DNA of 63,370 nucleotides, filler included, from Octopus bimaculoides (lineage: Eukaryota), in NCBI RefSeq assembly GCF_001194135.2. It is 4 parts of 4 records of this genome, joined end to end, with 100 filler letters (N's around TTAATTAATTAA, not from the genome) between each part and the next. Parts side by side here need not be neighbours in the genome. Positions count along the whole stretch, not along the records: positions 61,020 to 63,370 come from NW_026384888.1; 3 more parts are not named here. One strand, written 5' to 3'. The translations under genes were made by a program, and so were the position numbers. This document shows positions 61,500 to 63,370 of the stretch, one piece after another. Below the pieces are notes generated by a model. The model made no database searches. It had not been told where the DNA came from and saw nothing but the letters and a program-made list of their open reading frames with translations. How positions within the stretch are numbered: position 1 is the first letter of the stretch; each line of letters starts with the position of its first letter.

Positions 61500-62650
61500 A
61501 TTTTAAAAATTCAGACAGTCCGAATCTGCAATTATATTTAATTCAGAAATAACTTCGACTCCAAATTAAAAACTTTTAAAAATTTGTGCACGGCCTATTG
61601 ATTTTGGGTTGAAGCACACCATGTAACAGGTCAAAACTTCTGATATCTTATCGAAAAGGTAATCCATTTAATAGCATGCTTTTTCTGTTAGCAAATGTTT
61701 TCTTACGCACACTCGCTTAGAGCGGTGGGGGTGAAAATTAAAAATTACTTGCTTACCGTGTTACGTCCGCATCATTACATCAAATGTTTGTGGGATGTTA
61801 AAAATAGCTAAATCTCCCTCAAATCACAGCTTTTCATCTGGAAATTAGTTAGAAATTATAAACAAATTGCAGGTTCGGACTGTCTGTCTTAAAGCGATGT
61901 GGAAATACTAGGATTTGTGGGGTTGAAAAAAATTGGTGGACATCAGAGATAGGTAGCACACATAAGTTGGTATTGCTCCGTTTTGACGAATTTTTCAGAC
62001 TTTCACGGTGCTCTTGAAAATGATCTGGAGTATCTTTTTAGTAAAAAATTTAGTAAAAAAAATAATTTTCTCGAAAAATGTTTTAACCCCCTTCCGCTCT
62101 CCGGACTACGCACTTTAAAAACTATAGAAGCCTTTTCGATAGACGAAAGAGTGAGNNNNNNNNNNNNNNNNNNNNNNNNNNNNNNNNNNNNNNNNNNNNN
62201 NNNNNNNNNNNNNNNNNNNNNNGATTTAATAGACATTTGGCTGTTGTTTCTAGCATATCCCATGACCGGTTAGGTTGATAACTATAAATTTCTCCCAAAA
62301 TATGTTTTAATAGCATTAGTTTATGCAGTTTGTGGAAATGGGGAGAAAAATATTGAAACACATCAATACTTGTCAGTGGGACAGAAACGTGGAAGCTGGT
62401 CACTGGGTATTCTAGAAACAGCCAAATCTCCCTTTAAATCACACCTTTTCGTCTGAAAATATTTTTTACCAAAAGGGCTTTTATAGTTTTTAAGTGTGTA
62501 GTGCCCACAAAACCGATCCGGAGAAGGGGTGGAGGTTAAAAAAAATCATCTCCAACGTGCTACATATCTCTGACGTTCGTCACAAATCTTAGAAGTTTTC
62601 TATCAGGACATCCACATAAGTAGGATTTTCTCAGTTTTGACTGAAGCAAA
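61500..62650. mobile_element. Nested direct and inverted repeats, DNA-transposon/MITE-like
   Basis: CAGACAGTCCGAATCTGCAA (~61514) versus TTGCAGGTTCGGACTGTCTG (~61867); AAA.AGC.AAATCTCCCT.AAATCACA at ~61801 and ~62414; ~62085-62145 inverted versus ~62470-62540. Confidence 0.45.
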
Positions 62651-63370
62651 AAATTAAATCCCAGTCTCTCCAATATTTTATTAAACAATGGAAAGGAAAA
62701 GTTTAATAGCACGAATGTGTATAGGGGGCGAACAATACTGAAAAGCGTGAAGGTAGTCGGGGGATGTGCTAGAAACGACAGCCTGAAAATACTGTTTTTT
62801 TTAATTGCAAAAGCCTTCTCCCATGGTTAAGTGCATTCCAAAATCAGTTCATGGAAAAATCCAGCTCATGTGGGAATTCCTGAACCGAAACTTCGCCAAA
62901 ATTTTACTAAACCGTATGGTGAAATAAAATCGAGGGGCATATGGTGTGCTTGGATCAGAATTCCAATCCCGATATATTGGATTCAAGATTTCATTACTGT
63001 GATTGTTTTCGGAGATTTCTTTTTACGTGACATTTTTCGACAATTTTTTTTGTATAACAATTCTTATAATCTAAAGGCTAACTCCGTGAGTAAATTAAAA
63101 ACATTCCGGGCCTGCAATCATGAAATTATGGATCTCTGTTTTCATTACTGCGACTGTTTTCGGCGAAATTTTCACTATGAATATGATCGTCATTAGGATA
63201 TGACTGGCTAGTTAAGAATACAAATATTCCGCCAGAATATAAGTAAACAAAGGCGTCCAGAGATAAAATAGTTAAGAAGCACTAGGTTATAACCATAAGC
63301 TGTATCTACGGAATGACGCATCATGTCTGGCTATGAAGAATCGAATCGCAAATAAAATAAACGGTAAGTA

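Overview
A repeat-saturated, AT-rich eukaryotic (animal) genomic window with 13 N-gaps and no confidently identifiable host gene. The repeat repertoire resembles octopus/cephalopod DNA, but this is my inference and was not checked by any search. Most long ORFs in the track are artefacts of microsatellites or N-runs. Real coding signal comes almost entirely from decayed retroelements: (i) about a dozen fragments of R4/Dong-like restriction-like-endonuclease (RLE) non-LTR elements, one of them near full length (~32.0-35.4 kb); (ii) RTE-clade LINEs carrying a PHD-like Cys/His finger inside the RT domain; (iii) three Penelope-like element (PLE) fragments; (iv) a deleted Tc1/mariner; and (v) four tRNA-headed SINE types with swapped tails. 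The R4-like fragments split into lineages sitting in (AAT)n versus (CATA)n microsatellites. The most notable signal missed by the ORF track is a set of minimal type-I hammerhead ribozyme (HHR) motifs: an inverted pair at 8735-8780/8803-8848 inside a 248-bp fold-back insertion with a 13-bp TSD, one at 45319-45363 enclosed by 36-bp inverted repeats, one at 58617-58659 in a pseudo-LTR-like tandem/inverted repeat, and a degenerate one at 52906-52941. A few splice-signal-bounded candidate exons are listed at low confidence. Element boundaries are read by eye and are approximate, except where exact motifs are quoted.
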